NCBI GenBank assembly: GCA_904063045.1
Contig: CAJFCJ010000019.1
Location: 3,416,684-3,480,683, forward strand
Reading direction: 5' to 3'
Length of the DNA stretch: 64,000 bases
DNA from: Dimorphilus gyrociliatus
Taxonomy: Eukaryota; Animalia; Annelida
The position numbers and the translations under genes are program-made. A model generated the notes under the pieces. That model searched no databases and had not been told where the DNA came from. It saw only the letters and a list, made by a program, of their open reading frames with translations. Of this stretch, positions 40,633 through 55,139 are shown piece after piece; the first letter of the stretch is position 1; every line of letters starts with the position of its first letter.

Positions 40633-41351
40633 AAGTATTCCTTTTTTGTAATTGCTCGGTTAATAATACATGCGTCAAAATAGTTTTCCTTAACCTAGAG
40701 GAATGCAAATATTTTTGTAATCAAAAATGGTTGGCAACTGTCGCTGCTGCAAGAAAAGAAAAAAAGCTGTCTGATTCGGGATACAACTTATTAATCTACC
40801 GTTAAGCCTTTCATTTTATGAGTCAGGAGCCCTCGTTTGAATATCTATATATATATATCAATCCCTAATGACAATAAGAAAATATTTGGATCGAATTAAT
40901 TAAAAATAATTAAAATAAAGACTAATTTATCTAATCAAATTATAGTATATTTCGTATATTCTTCGTAAAAATGATAATCTTGTTTGTTCAGTCTGCTAAA
41001 AAAAAAGTTTTTAACTTTCTTTTTTTAAAAGCATTTTTACATTATTTAAACAATTCCATTAAGTTTATTAGTTAACAATACACATTTATAAAAGCTACAT
41101 TTTTCAATTATTATAGATTTTAGTATAAAAAAATAGATATAAAAATTCTATGTTTGTAGTATTTTCTTTTAATTTAATGTCATGTTCTATTAGAAGAACA
41201 TTTTACTTCCATAAGTAGTATATGAAAGAATAGTTGAATACTACTTTAGACAACAAAAAGTTTTGCTTGTTTGTTTGCTTATTATATAAAAAATAACTAT
41301 TTATTAGTTAGACACTAATTCCTTTCTGTATAAAGATAATAGAAAAAGTTA

Positions 41352-42068
41352 TCATTGAATTTTCTTTTCAATTCTTCTCTTCTTTAAATAGGCATTTCGA
41401 TAGAAGTTGGCGAATAAATAAATCATTATTATTCCGTATATGACTCCATAGATGCAGAAATTGTGATAGAGATATCCATAGAAAGCAAATATCATATCAA
41501 ATATGAATTGAATTATTTGTATTTCCGTTAGTCTTCTCTTCCAAACAGGAGGCTGATTTGGTTCGTATGCCGATAAGGCGTAGTAAAAGTACATGAGTAC
41601 ATGAATTCCGGCGTTTAAAGCAATAATTGGAGTGATTGCCGGCCAGGAAGAATAGTTTGCAGCGTAATCAGTCAATAGAACCATAGATGAATGATGATAA
41701 ACATGAAGGAAGCTAATCTGTCTAGTTTTGTGTCGAAGGATCATAAAGACTGTATCCATCAGTTCAATGATTTTTGAAAGCCAATAAAGCGTATAAGGCA
41801 ACTGTAAGCTTGCAACTGTAGATTTTTGATATATATGTTCAGCATCCATCAGACCAATAATAAACAACACAACGCATACTGCATTTGTAATACACATACT
41901 TGAATTATATAAAATTAACAGCCATTTTAAATTTAAAGGTCTGCTAAATTTAGGATAAACAAAGGCTAAAATACAAGCCACAATATAAACGCAAAATATT
42001 GGGAATGATTTTAATTCTGATAGCTTGTATAAGAAGTTCCAGAGAACTGTAACCGAGAATAAAGACAT
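41352..42068 (-). CDS. Fatty-acid elongase (ELOVL family), single exon
   Basis: KIIELMDTVF, FLHVYHH histidine box, NAGIHVLMYFYY, TEIQIIQF and a C-terminal di-lysine ER-retrieval-like KKIQ. Confidence 0.92.
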   Translation of the reverse strand: MSLFSVTVLWNFLYKLSELKSFPIFCVYIVACILAFVYPKFSRPLNLKWLLILYNSSMCITNAVCVVLFIIGLMDAEHIYQKSTVASLQLPYTLYWLSKIIELMDTVFMILRHKTRQISFLHVYHHSSMVLLTDYAANYSSWPAITPIIALNAGIHVLMYFYYALSAYEPNQPPVWKRRLTEIQIIQFIFDMIFAFYGYLYHNFCIYGVIYGIIMIYLFANFYRNAYLKKRRIEKKIQ

Positions 42069-42360
42069 GATTTCCCTATGAAGTTTCTACTAGTCTCCGC
42101 CAAACACGAAATATGCAAAATCATACTTACTTACTTACTTACTCACTACCAGTTTTTCTTAATAATATACATGAAATCTTAATGAAAAGTAGCAAAGTTG
42201 TTACTTATAGAGAGTAAAGCAATATCAATTCAAATAGCTTAAATCAAGGGATTCTTGTCAGAAAGTTGATTGTACGATTAACAATAAAAAAACTAATTTT
42301 TAAAAAAATTTCATAAAATAGACTCTATATTTGCTTTTTAAATGCCAGAAATCATGAGGA

Positions 42361-42433
42361 GGCCTCGTGGCGCAATGGATAACGCGTCTGACTACGGATC
42401 AGAAGATTCCAGGTTCGAATCCTGGCGAGGTCG
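42361..42433 (+). tRNA. tRNA-Arg (anticodon ACG)
   Basis: 73 nt. Acceptor stem GGCCTCG/CGAGGTC, A box TGGCGCAATGG, anticodon loop CT-ACG-GA and B box GGTTCGAATCC. No encoded CCA. Confidence 0.97.
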
Positions 42434-42439
42434 AACTTA

Positions 42440-42446
42440 TTTTTTT
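42440..42446 (+). terminator. Pol III terminator (T7) of tRNA-Arg
   Basis: Run of seven T starting 7 nt after the tRNA 3' end. Confidence 0.75.
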
Positions 42447-42678
42447 ATTAAAAATTTTTACTCCTTAATCTAGACTAATCTTTATTATTAAAATAATCTA
42501 TAAAGAAAGAGAGTTTTAATCCAATTCCCTATACCAAATATTTCCTATTACTATTACTATCTGCTTCTCTTAGTAGAGTCTTCATTAACAAATGCGCAAG
42601 ACGAATCCAACGAAGTATATGAATCTAAATGGTAAATGAAACGTTTGAAAGCTTGATAGCTAATATTTAATATACAAA

Positions 42679-45600
42679 TCAATTACTCGTTAAGCCATTA
42701 GAATGTTCTAAACAATCAATAGTATTAAATTTTAATTCACAAAATTCACTATTAGTAAGAGATTCAAGCTGTTCTGTTTGTTGAATTGACTTTTCTATTG
42801 ACATACTCCTTTTTCTTCTTCTTTCCTTTCTTTCAGTAAAAGCAAACTATTGATAAAAAATTTAAAACTTCTACTCTAAACTTACTCTAATTCATTCATT
42901 AGCGATTGTTTTGAGTTAATAATGACTGGATTGAATTTGGCTTGGTCCAATAATTTGGTAATATGATACTTCTCCTTTAAAAGAATATATATATATATAT
43001 AAATTAATACTATATAATATATAACTTTGACATAGACCTTTCTCTCTCTAACTTTAAGCCAATTAGGTTTATCTGGTATAAATATATCTATAAGAAATTT
43101 CACCAAGAAGACAACATGCTGTTCATTTGATTGTTTTGTATTTTATGAATTAAATGCTAAAACGAAAGAATCGTTAATTACTTCAAATCCTATTACTATT
43201 AATAGTTGTTTAGTAGGTGAATTGAATGATTTTCCCCAATAGGATGTAAACGCTATTAAGCATGCATTTGTAACTGTTCCAATTATATTTAAAATATGTA
43301 GAATACCGAACCACATTCCTATAAAAATCTTATATATAGTTATTTTATAATTGTTTTTTCTTTATCTTCATAATTTTTTCGTTACCAATATCGTCTGATA
43401 TGACGCCAATAGGCCTACGAAAATTCCATAACATTCGTTTCCCATCCTGTCGTATGTCCATTAAGCAAACAATTAAAGCAATTAGAGGGGCCAGCGGAAA
43501 TGACGCGGCGAATAGCTAAGAAATATTTATATATCTAAAATATATATGTAACAATTTACTGATGAATTGAACATTTTTTTTACCATAAGATAACCGTACA
43601 TAATGATTTTTTCAGTGAATTCTGATAGTGTAAAATCATTTAAATCTGGTTTTTTTCTCTCTCTCTCTAAGAAGGAATTTTGTAGAATTTCTTTTCTCTT
43701 AATTTCATCTTCGCTATCAATCTTTTTACCCAGATAATATTTAAGAGATATCATTTTCCTCTTAAATAAACTGATAAAGAAATAATAAAGAAATAACGTA
43801 TTATCTTATAATATAGAAAGTTTTTACATTAATAAAACATCTTTAAAAAATTTTGGAAATGGTTTTAATATCATTAAAACCAATAATTGGAGAGAAAGCA
43901 TCGCCATACAATTGTTATCTGTTCCACAACTGTCGGAATAACTTGATCCCATACCAAACATTCCATTGTCCCCGTAATCAATCTTAATAGAACGAGGAAT
44001 AATCTATTAATGAGCATTACCTTTTTCGTCAACCTACCCCTCGGAAGAAAGCTATATAGATGAGTGATGAATAACTATTGGCAAACTGAAAAGCGAATAG
44101 TTTAACAATCAAGGCATCGTCGTATTGACTCTGAGTTCTGTGATTTTCTAAATATTAAATAATTAACGAATGAAATGATGAATAAGAAATGTAGGGATCA
44201 ATAATTATTTTGACTATATCAAACCCCAGTTGGTAAGGACATAGGCCAAGTAATAATAGACTTTACCAAGCATTAATATTGATACAGCATTCAGAACAGA
44301 TGGTATTAGTGCATTTACTAATATACAAAAGTACTTTGAACTACAATACTGTACAGTTGCATAAACCCTGAATAAGATGACTAGAGTCAGCGAAACAATA
44401 ACAATTAAAACCTAAAGTAAAGATAGAAAATTCGTTTTCGTCTATGAATCAGTTAGACAAGAGATAATACGTATTTTAAGGAAATGGATTACTTAACCAT
44501 AAACAATATGACTGTAACTGATGTTAAATACTTAAGAAATTTCCTTGATATAGGATAATATAGTATTTCCTCGTCAGTAATTAAATCTCGTTTCGTCTTT
44601 GTACCGTAAAATTCCGGTCTATCTGGTTCGTACTCCTCATAGAAATCAACATCCCAATAATAGGCTAGTATTGCTTTTTTCCTTTTCCATATTTCTAAGA
44701 ATATTGTTCCCCATAGGCAAATTATTAGAGCGTAATAAGGAGTAAGATCATTATCAAAAGCGTGTCTAACGACATTAATAGAGTTTTGAACTGCCTGTTT
44801 AGTTCTAATTTGCAATGGGGGGGGGGGGAGGAGGGAGGGGAGCGCATATTTAATTTTAATTTCATACCATTAGAATATAAATTACGAACATTTCAACCGG
44901 ATTTGTTGTATTCGGAAGGGGCGTGGTATAATTATGACTTTGAGAAACGCTTAAGTATAGACCATAAGAAAAGACTCCCAACCCAATAAATGCAGGAATC
45001 CAAAGACTCACTATTAAAATACCAACCCATGCGAAATAGAAGGCAATTTTTTCTCCGAAATAGTTACGAATTTTCCATATTGGCTGATATTTTCGATAAT
45101 TTAACCAAGTTTCCTTCGTAAATATAGAAGACATTAGACAATAGAAAAACACGCTAAAATATCGCATCATCCTCTTACGTGCAGCTCTTTTCTTGCATCT
45201 TTAAACAGTAATTCTTTACCTTTAGGTGGATCATGAAGAACAAAGGAACAGCGATAGATCCTTAGTATCTCTTTCTTAGCATTTTTATATGGATCCAAGT
45301 CACTTTCATCATGCATTACAAACGAATCGCTAAATACCTTTTTCATAAGTAAATACTGAAGACCTATCTTTGGGAAGAGAATTATACTAATTCATATATT
45401 TATAACTTTGTTATTTTTGTACTAGATAAAGTTAACCTCTTCTACTGAGTATATTTTCATTTTCGTCTTTTCTTAAATCTATATTAATAAGGATATTGTG
45501 TGTCTAAAGAGGAGATATCAATAGGTTGTTTCAATAGGTTTACACATGCAAGACGACTTTTTAGATATATATAACATAAATTATCACCAGAAAATTTCTC

Positions 45601-46242
45601 AATGAAGATCTAAAGAAAACGTTTGGTTTGTTGTAATTATTATACATTTTCAACTTATCCGTTTTAAAAGTGGTAGCAACCCTGTCAACTAAATCGGATA
45701 ATAATTGTATAATTAATAAATCTTCTTGTTTGTTTATAGATTAAAAACCTTCATCGTCTGTTACGAATAGTTTCTTTTCTATTTTGCGAAAGAATTTAAA
45801 AAAGTTAAGATGCTCTTCAGGGATTTCAAGCTAAGAAAATTTTGTTTAAAGTAATTAGCTATTAGTTGATAATCTTTTCAATTATTAACTCCTCTTAGTT
45901 CCATTTCTAGTTTAATCTTTTCTGCCTGTTCGCATAGCCTATAAAATGGAGTATGAATCTTTATAAAGATATTCATTTTATCCACATTTCCTGAGTCTTC
46001 AACCTCTTCGGTTTCGAACTCTAGATCTTCAGCTTTCATTTGTTCCTTTAAAATGTTTCTCTTATATTCGTAGTGTAAAATATATTTGTGCTACAGTTTA
46101 CCAAAAATCGATTACGCAACTCTTCATTTTCAACTAATTCCTCTTTAGGATACACTAGGACGTAATCTATTTTTTTCACTTCATATTCTACTTCGTCCTC
46201 ATCGGATGTCAAAGGCGTTAGAGTTAAATTTTCTTCCGCCAT
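42679..46242 (-). CDS. Anoctamin / TMEM16 family protein (last exon frame uncertain)
   Basis: IRNYFGEKIAFYFAW, FDN...FLEIWKR, ENHRTQSQYDDALIVKLFAFQFANSY, EFTEKIIMYGYLMLFAASFPLAP, RRPI and DIGMWFGIL. Confidence 0.92.
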
Positions 46243-46600
46243 AGACTTTCAAGTATTATTTACTTTGCTATAAAATTCAAATATTTGAATAGGCTTTTAA
46301 AGGCACTGTATTTAAATACAACAGCGTATCATATCATCTAATACAAGATAAAGCATAACTTTTTTGCATTCAAAAGTACACATATTTCGAAGTATATTTT
46401 ATATTTCTACAATAAGACAAAAGCGTATAATATGCACCTAAATCTCTGATAAATTTTAATGTAAATGAACGTTTTATAAAAGTTACAACGAAATAGAATA
46501 GCAATGAAATAAAATCGAACCTCTTCCTTAATGTGTTTTTCATGAGGACAAAACGGTTTATAAATGGTAACTTAAAAACAAACTCAACAACAAACAAGCT

Positions 46601-49600
46601 TTAAACTTCCAATTCAAATATATTGTCAACCGCTTGTCCTCTTTCGTGCCTTTTCCACATAGTACCATATAATCTTTCAAGATCTTTTGCGTAAATATCA
46701 GTATCAAACAGCGTTGATGTCATCCTTTTCCTCCAAACTTTCGCCCGAATAGCTTTTCTGAATACTTCATCTGTTCCAAGACGAATAGCAATTCTTTCGT
46801 AATCAGCCTTATCCTTGGCAACTAATTCTTGAACACCTAGAGCACACAATTGGGAAGACGCTACGCGGGACGCCAGCGTCTCTCCAGGAAGGGTAACCAT
46901 TGGTGTTCCCGCCCAGAGAACATCCATTCCTGTTGTGTGCCCATTGCAAAGTGGTGTATCTAAACATACATCAGCTAATTGGCCCCTTCTAACATGTTCT
47001 TCTTTAGGGGCAACTTGCGAGAAGACTACGCGTGTTTGATCCAATCCCAGCTTAGCCACATGTGCCAAAAGATTAGGCTCTCCCACAGCTGGGAATCTTA
47101 GTAGCCAAAGAACAGATTTTGGGACTTCCTGTAATATATTTACCCACATTCTAATGGTTTCTGGATCGGTTTTATACAGCTGATTAAAATTGCAGTAAAC
47201 AATAGCGTCATCAGACAGACCATACTGTGCTCTTGTGGATACTATAATAGTTGATGGTATATCTTCTCCTGACGCAGCTTTTGAATTTGTTTGACTAATA
47301 CTTAATCCGCTCTGGATTGTAAAAGACTCAAATTGAACGTTCGGTTGATCGGCTGATTGCGATGAAACATCTAAACAAATTTTGGAAAATTCCTCTGAAA
47401 GGAGGGGTAATGTCAATTGTCCATCTTCTGTCTCTTCTACTTCACCTATTTGCACTTCGCCAGTCCCGTGAGCTTCCACAAGTTCTTCAAGATTATTAAA
47501 ATTAACAATTGCCGCATTTTCTCTGCTTTTACCGTCTTTTATCAAAACAGCTCTGTTTCTTAAATGAGGAAACATATTCTTATGATCTCCTATGAAAAAA
47601 GTATGTGGCATATAAGCTAATTTTTCACTATACAAGTAAGCAAGATGGCCTGGTGATGTAACTTTATCCGTAATTATATAATCCATACACTGTGCACCTG
47701 ATGTCGAAGGATAGCCTAACCACATTACTTGCAATGGAGCAGGTTTCAGCGAAAACAATTCGTTGCGGGCACCCTTTGTATAACCATTCATATTTACAAG
47801 GATATTAATACCATCAGCATAAATTCTATCGGCTGCTTTCGAATTACAAGGTATGGAAGATAAATCAACAAAATGCTCGCCCTCAGTCATAATTTTGTTC
47901 CTAAAGTTAGTGTTGTCGTCAGAAGTGAGGGCATAACAAAATACCTCGACGTTCGATGTATGTTTTCCGGGTATCGATTGCATCAAATGAGAAGTAGGGT
48001 GATTACCGAAATCTGAACTAACATAACCTATCCGTAGTTTACCTTGTAAAGTTTTCTGATGTTCGTAAGGTTTTTTATGCAATACATTAACTTTTTCTTG
48101 GCAAAGAGCTGCATGTCTTGCTGCGATGGCTTTGCGCATTTCATGGGTTAATGGATATAGCATAGAATGATGAGGGTGAACGGAAGGTAAACGATTCTTT
48201 TCTAACTGCTCAGCTACAATTGCCACTAATTTTTTCATTCGATATTCATAGTCATTCCAATCGCAGACTATCTGTAGGCAATGTGCCAAATTACAATAAG
48301 CGTCAGGAAAGTCGGGTTTCAATTTCAGAGCTGTTCTATAGGAAGCTATAGCATCAGGTATGTTTCCGCTGTCTTTATGTATGGAGGCTAGATTTGAATG
48401 TGCATCAGCAAATGCTGGATTGATTTGTATAGCACGATTGTAACACTGTAGGGCACCCTGTACATCTTGCATTTCTTTTAGTGTATTTCCCATATTTGAG
48501 TATGCATCCGCAAACGTTGGAGAAATACGTATTGCTTGACCGTAATGCTCAAGCGCCTCTTGTAGTTTTCCTTGCTGTTGCAGCACCGAAGCCAAATTGG
48601 AATGGGCGACTGCAAATTCTGGATAAATTTCCAGAGCTTTTGAATAATAAGTAACTGCTTCATCTTTGTTGCCTTGCTCAAATTTGATATTTGCTAAATT
48701 ATTTAAGGAATCTACGTGTGTGGGACATAATTGAAGAGCCACATTATAGTATTTTTCGGCTTCAGTTATCTACAAAGATCATAATTAGGTATTGATATAG
48801 AGTAATATGTGGAAACTTACCTTTCCCTTCTCTTTAAGTGCATTAGCAAGATTGCAGTAAGCGTCAGGAAAGTTTGGTTGTAATTCAATGGATCTTTTAT
48901 AAGTATCAATAGCTAAATCAATCAAGCCTTGCTCATAGTACACACAGGCTAAATTTCCGTGAACAACTGCATGATTCGGACTCAAATTTAAAGCTCTCAG
49001 ATAAGCTGCGACTGCTCGATCGAAGATTCTTGCTTCTTTTAAAACATTCCCTAGATTTATGTAGGCATCCAAAAAGTTAGGATCCAGAGCAACGGCCTGT
49101 AATGTAGGGTTTTTGAAGTTAATCAAACAAATTATTTGCAACAGTACCTTTTCAAAATGATGAATAGCCAACCAAATTTCTCCTTGAGCATTGAAGACAC
49201 AGCCCAAGTTGCTCCATGCGACTGCGAAGTTAGGTTGGGTTTCGATTGCCTTCAGGTAGCATGCCTAATCATAAAATTAAACAGGGTTAGATTTGGTTAG
49301 CTTATTTCAGACGCAGCGCAGGGAGAGCGTCCCTAATGCGCACGCATTGCAAATCGCTATCGCATCGCACGCAAGCATCGCTAATATATACTCGTTTACC
49401 AACTTTTTTACATAGAAACAATAACAATGAATTAAATAGTTGGTAAACGATATGCGCACAATATCGCCGCTGCTATATAAAAAAAATAGAATAAACGCTA
49501 TGCGCGTGGTTCAAGCGCAGATATCGCAGGCGCTACGCAAAATGCGCAATATTCTGGTTGTTCTGAAAACAACTTGCCTTTACTGACAAGTCAAGTTATG

Positions 49601-50249
49601 CATACCCAGTACAGGGCAGTTCCTTTTCATTTAGTCCAACGTCACTGGCGGTGTTCGTCGATGCCACTAACACTACGACAGCAATAAACGATTATTAGCC
49701 TTGATGTAAAAATTTGACTGTTTGTTGAAGTTATAGTTTTATCCCAACCCCATCATATTTTCTTGTGCACTAAAGGACCCAAAAGCTGATAGATTTATCG
49801 TATTATCATTCTTTAATTACATAATTTTAAATTATATAATATTATCAATAGCAATTGGGCAGCCTCAGATTAAAATCTCAGTCTTAATTTTCCATTCACA
49901 TTAGACAATCGTTTGACACAAAACATAAAGCACGCTGTTAAAATATCATTATTTAGTGTATAAAAAATCCTTGCAACAAACATATTGGAATGTATCAAAA
50001 AAAGTAAGAAAAAAGCGCTTCCTTGTCGCGTTATCGCTTAGATTTCCTTTTAAAAAGCTACATTTTTTCAAAATTAGCATTTTTGATGGCTCGGAAACCC
50101 GATGAGCCTGTAAAAATAAGACTGATGATTTCTGCAACATCTGCTATCTATGATTGCCTGCTGCAAGGATCTTGTATAAATTTATATACATATATGTGTG
50201 TATGTATATATATATACATATATACTATTTGCTGAGTATATATATATAC

Positions 50250-50292
<43 letters not shown>

Positions 50293-51285
50293 TAACAATG
50301 ATAATGCCAATGGAGGAACTGAGGCACAAGAAAGTAGTCGATAATTTTGTCTAAAAACATCCCTACCCATAACTAAAAACAATATTATTCTATTCACTGG
50401 ACAGGTTACACACCTTTGCTTCGTCTAATCGACCTAAAGCTTTTAATAGATTACCCAAATCAGATCTAACGCAGTACAAGTCCTGAAAAAATTATGTAAT
50501 TTTTTAAAAGTTAAACACATTCAATGAAAAATAACTTACGGGGTTGTATCTCAAAGCCGTACAATAACATTGTACTGCTTGTTCCATGTCACCAGCGGCC
50601 ACCAGAGCTGCAGCTAGATTTATATAACCATCAATGAAGTCAGGTTTAAGGCGTACGGCATGTCTATAGTTCTCCAGTGCTTCTTGTAGTTTATCTTTTT
50701 CCTTGTAAACATTACCCAAATTACTGTAGGCTTCAGCAAGCATAGGGTTTTGTTTTATAGCCAACTGACTAAAATATGCCGACCTGTAAACAAGAAAATT
50801 GAGTTTCTTAAGCAATAAAAGTCAGGCACTCTATATTCGTACTTGTCTAGTCGTCGACATTGAAAATGAATTGATGAGAGAAGGAGGAGCACCCCGGTAT
50901 TTTCTGCATCTTGACGAAAAAGCATCATACAATGAGCTTCTGCATTCTCATAATCTCCCATTTGATACTCTCTATGTGCTAGTTCAGCTAGAGCTGTAGA
51001 ATCATTTTATTTATTTTACGATTTGGATAAATCTTATCTTATACTAATTTCCTAAGCTCTTTCAATCTCTTTCAAAGCTTTTAATTTAAAATTTCATAAG
51101 ATTCTTAACCAAAAGAAGTTCCCTGATAAACTTGACGGTTTTCGACAACAAAGACGCTCTCACGATTCATAATAATTTTACACTTTGCACGTTTTTATAC
51201 CAACAATAATAAAATAAACACGTTCAAAACTTTAATACTTACAAGCTGCGTCGGTAACCTGTGCTATATCGTCTGGATGACCCAT
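46601..51285 (-). CDS. OGT: O-GlcNAc transferase (7 exons)
   Basis: First exon [14 protein letters not shown], then [10 protein letters not shown] and a near-identical TPR array ([23 protein letters not shown]|[21 protein letters not shown]), [31 protein letters not shown] and LCNGHTT. Confidence 0.98.
49265..50413 (-). other. OGT: 1,149-bp OGT intron between ...RLDEAK and ACYLKAIE...
   Basis: Donor AAG|gtgtgt at 50413 and acceptor gattag|GCA at 49265. Roughly 20 times the typical intron length in this window. Confidence 0.92.
50183..50290. repeat. (TA)n / (TACA) microsatellite cluster inside the long OGT intron
   Basis: Directly visible; explains three overlapping IYIYIY ORFs in the track. 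Confidence 0.9.
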
Positions 51286-51534
51286 ATTTTCTCGAGAAAA
51301 TATCACTTTGTGTAGACACAACTAGTCGACCGGACAGAGTGACGTTACAAAAAGTAGTTCCACGTTGTCACCTGTACTTTGAGATTTTCAGAAAAAATAT
51401 TTTTATAATATCACTAAATTGTGTTTTATAAAATTATGAAGTATTAAAACATACAGTTTCTTTAAAAGTACACAAATTAACTAATAATAGATAGCTAATA
51501 CAAGCCGCGTAGTAATACAAACTCTTTCGAGTAA

Positions 51535-53996
<2,462 letters not shown>

Positions 53997-54196
53997 ATGG
54001 TTTAAACTGAAATATATCAATTACGTTATCACTAAGCAACAGTGTTTGTAATCAATTTAGACGCCACAATCGATTGGCGCTACTCGTTGTCCTCTTACAA
54101 GACCTATACAAACAAACGGCGAAAAATTAATCTTTAATTCTAAATAGTCGGACATATGTAAGAAGGAAATTCAATTATTAATTTATTGTTTCAACG

Positions 54197-55139
54197 ATGA
54201 TAAGAGTATCAAAATCAGTCTTCCTTTTCACTATCTTCTTTCAATTATTCTTAATAAGTGGTAAGTGTTATATTTATTCTATTTAGCAGCTTTTATTACG
54301 TTCAGCCATTTATAGAAGCAAGCACTGAAAAAGCTTGTGACGGATTAATTGCTGAAGAAATAGCTAGACCCCAACATGGGTATCTATATTCTCAAGGCTA
54401 TCTTACTCAAGAATATTATCCGAAGTATTCTAAATAAAGCTAATTTAAGTTGTATAAATACTAAATCCCATTTTAAAATATGAACAGTAAAGCGTTGTGT
54501 AGATGGGCAGTTTCGGCTGAAAAAGATTACGAAATTGTAAAGTTTCGGCTTGTCAATACAACAATACGAAGAAGTGCTACTTGTAGTGAAGACTATGTCG
54601 AGGTAAAAGATGGTCGAACATTATGGTCAAGAAGCATAAAGAGGTGGTGTGGTGAACAACTTATAACGGATACTGTTACATCTTCCGGTCCGAAAATTCT
54701 TGTAACTTTTCGAACGAACAATAAATATCAAGATAAAGGATTCATATTTGAATATTGGAGTGAACCTAAAGGTGTGTATCATCTTTTACTGCTAGGACAA
54801 TTAAAGAATTTTTGTTCTTTTACAGCTATAACTACGTATGTTAAAGCGGAGATGACTATCGTCACTTATATACTCTTTGCCCTGTTTATAATCACGACAA
54901 GCTTTATAGTAATCTCGGCGATTATTCTTTACATTATAACAAATAAGAGGAAAAAAATCCTAAAGAAAACCTTCACCGGTAATGTTCTACCAGAGTCAAA
55001 AATTGAGCGTCGATCAGCAATGGGCAACAAAGATACGAATGGTTACGCTCTTTCTCCAAACAACGAGACTAAAGTAACACCTCGAATGGTCAAAACCGAA
55101 GTTGACCCTTGTCCCAAGCCAGCAACATCAGCCGTTTAA
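54197..55139 (+). CDS. Single-CUB-domain type I membrane protein (4 exons)
   Basis: Signal-peptide exon MIRVSKSVFLFTIFFQLFLIS, CUB motifs (C...GYLYS, CRW, CSEDYVEVKDG, WCGE, VTFRT...KGF), a TM helix and a short cytoplasmic tail. Confidence 0.85.

Noticed and set aside
42679-42885. Apparent frameshift at the anoctamin 3' end
   Set aside because: Explained by alternative donor choice (gtaagt at 42885 vs an upstream gtcatt). There is no evidence for pseudogenisation, and the last exon frame is left uncertain.
50085-50135. GAAA and CTGATGA near a small hairpin, suggesting a hammerhead ribozyme or C/D snoRNA
   Set aside because: The core elements are in the wrong order, lack the three stems and lie antisense to the host transcript.
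50023-50397. ORFs with IYIYIY runs (also 38633, 40259, 42882, 53459)
   Set aside because: Translations of (TA)n microsatellites in introns.
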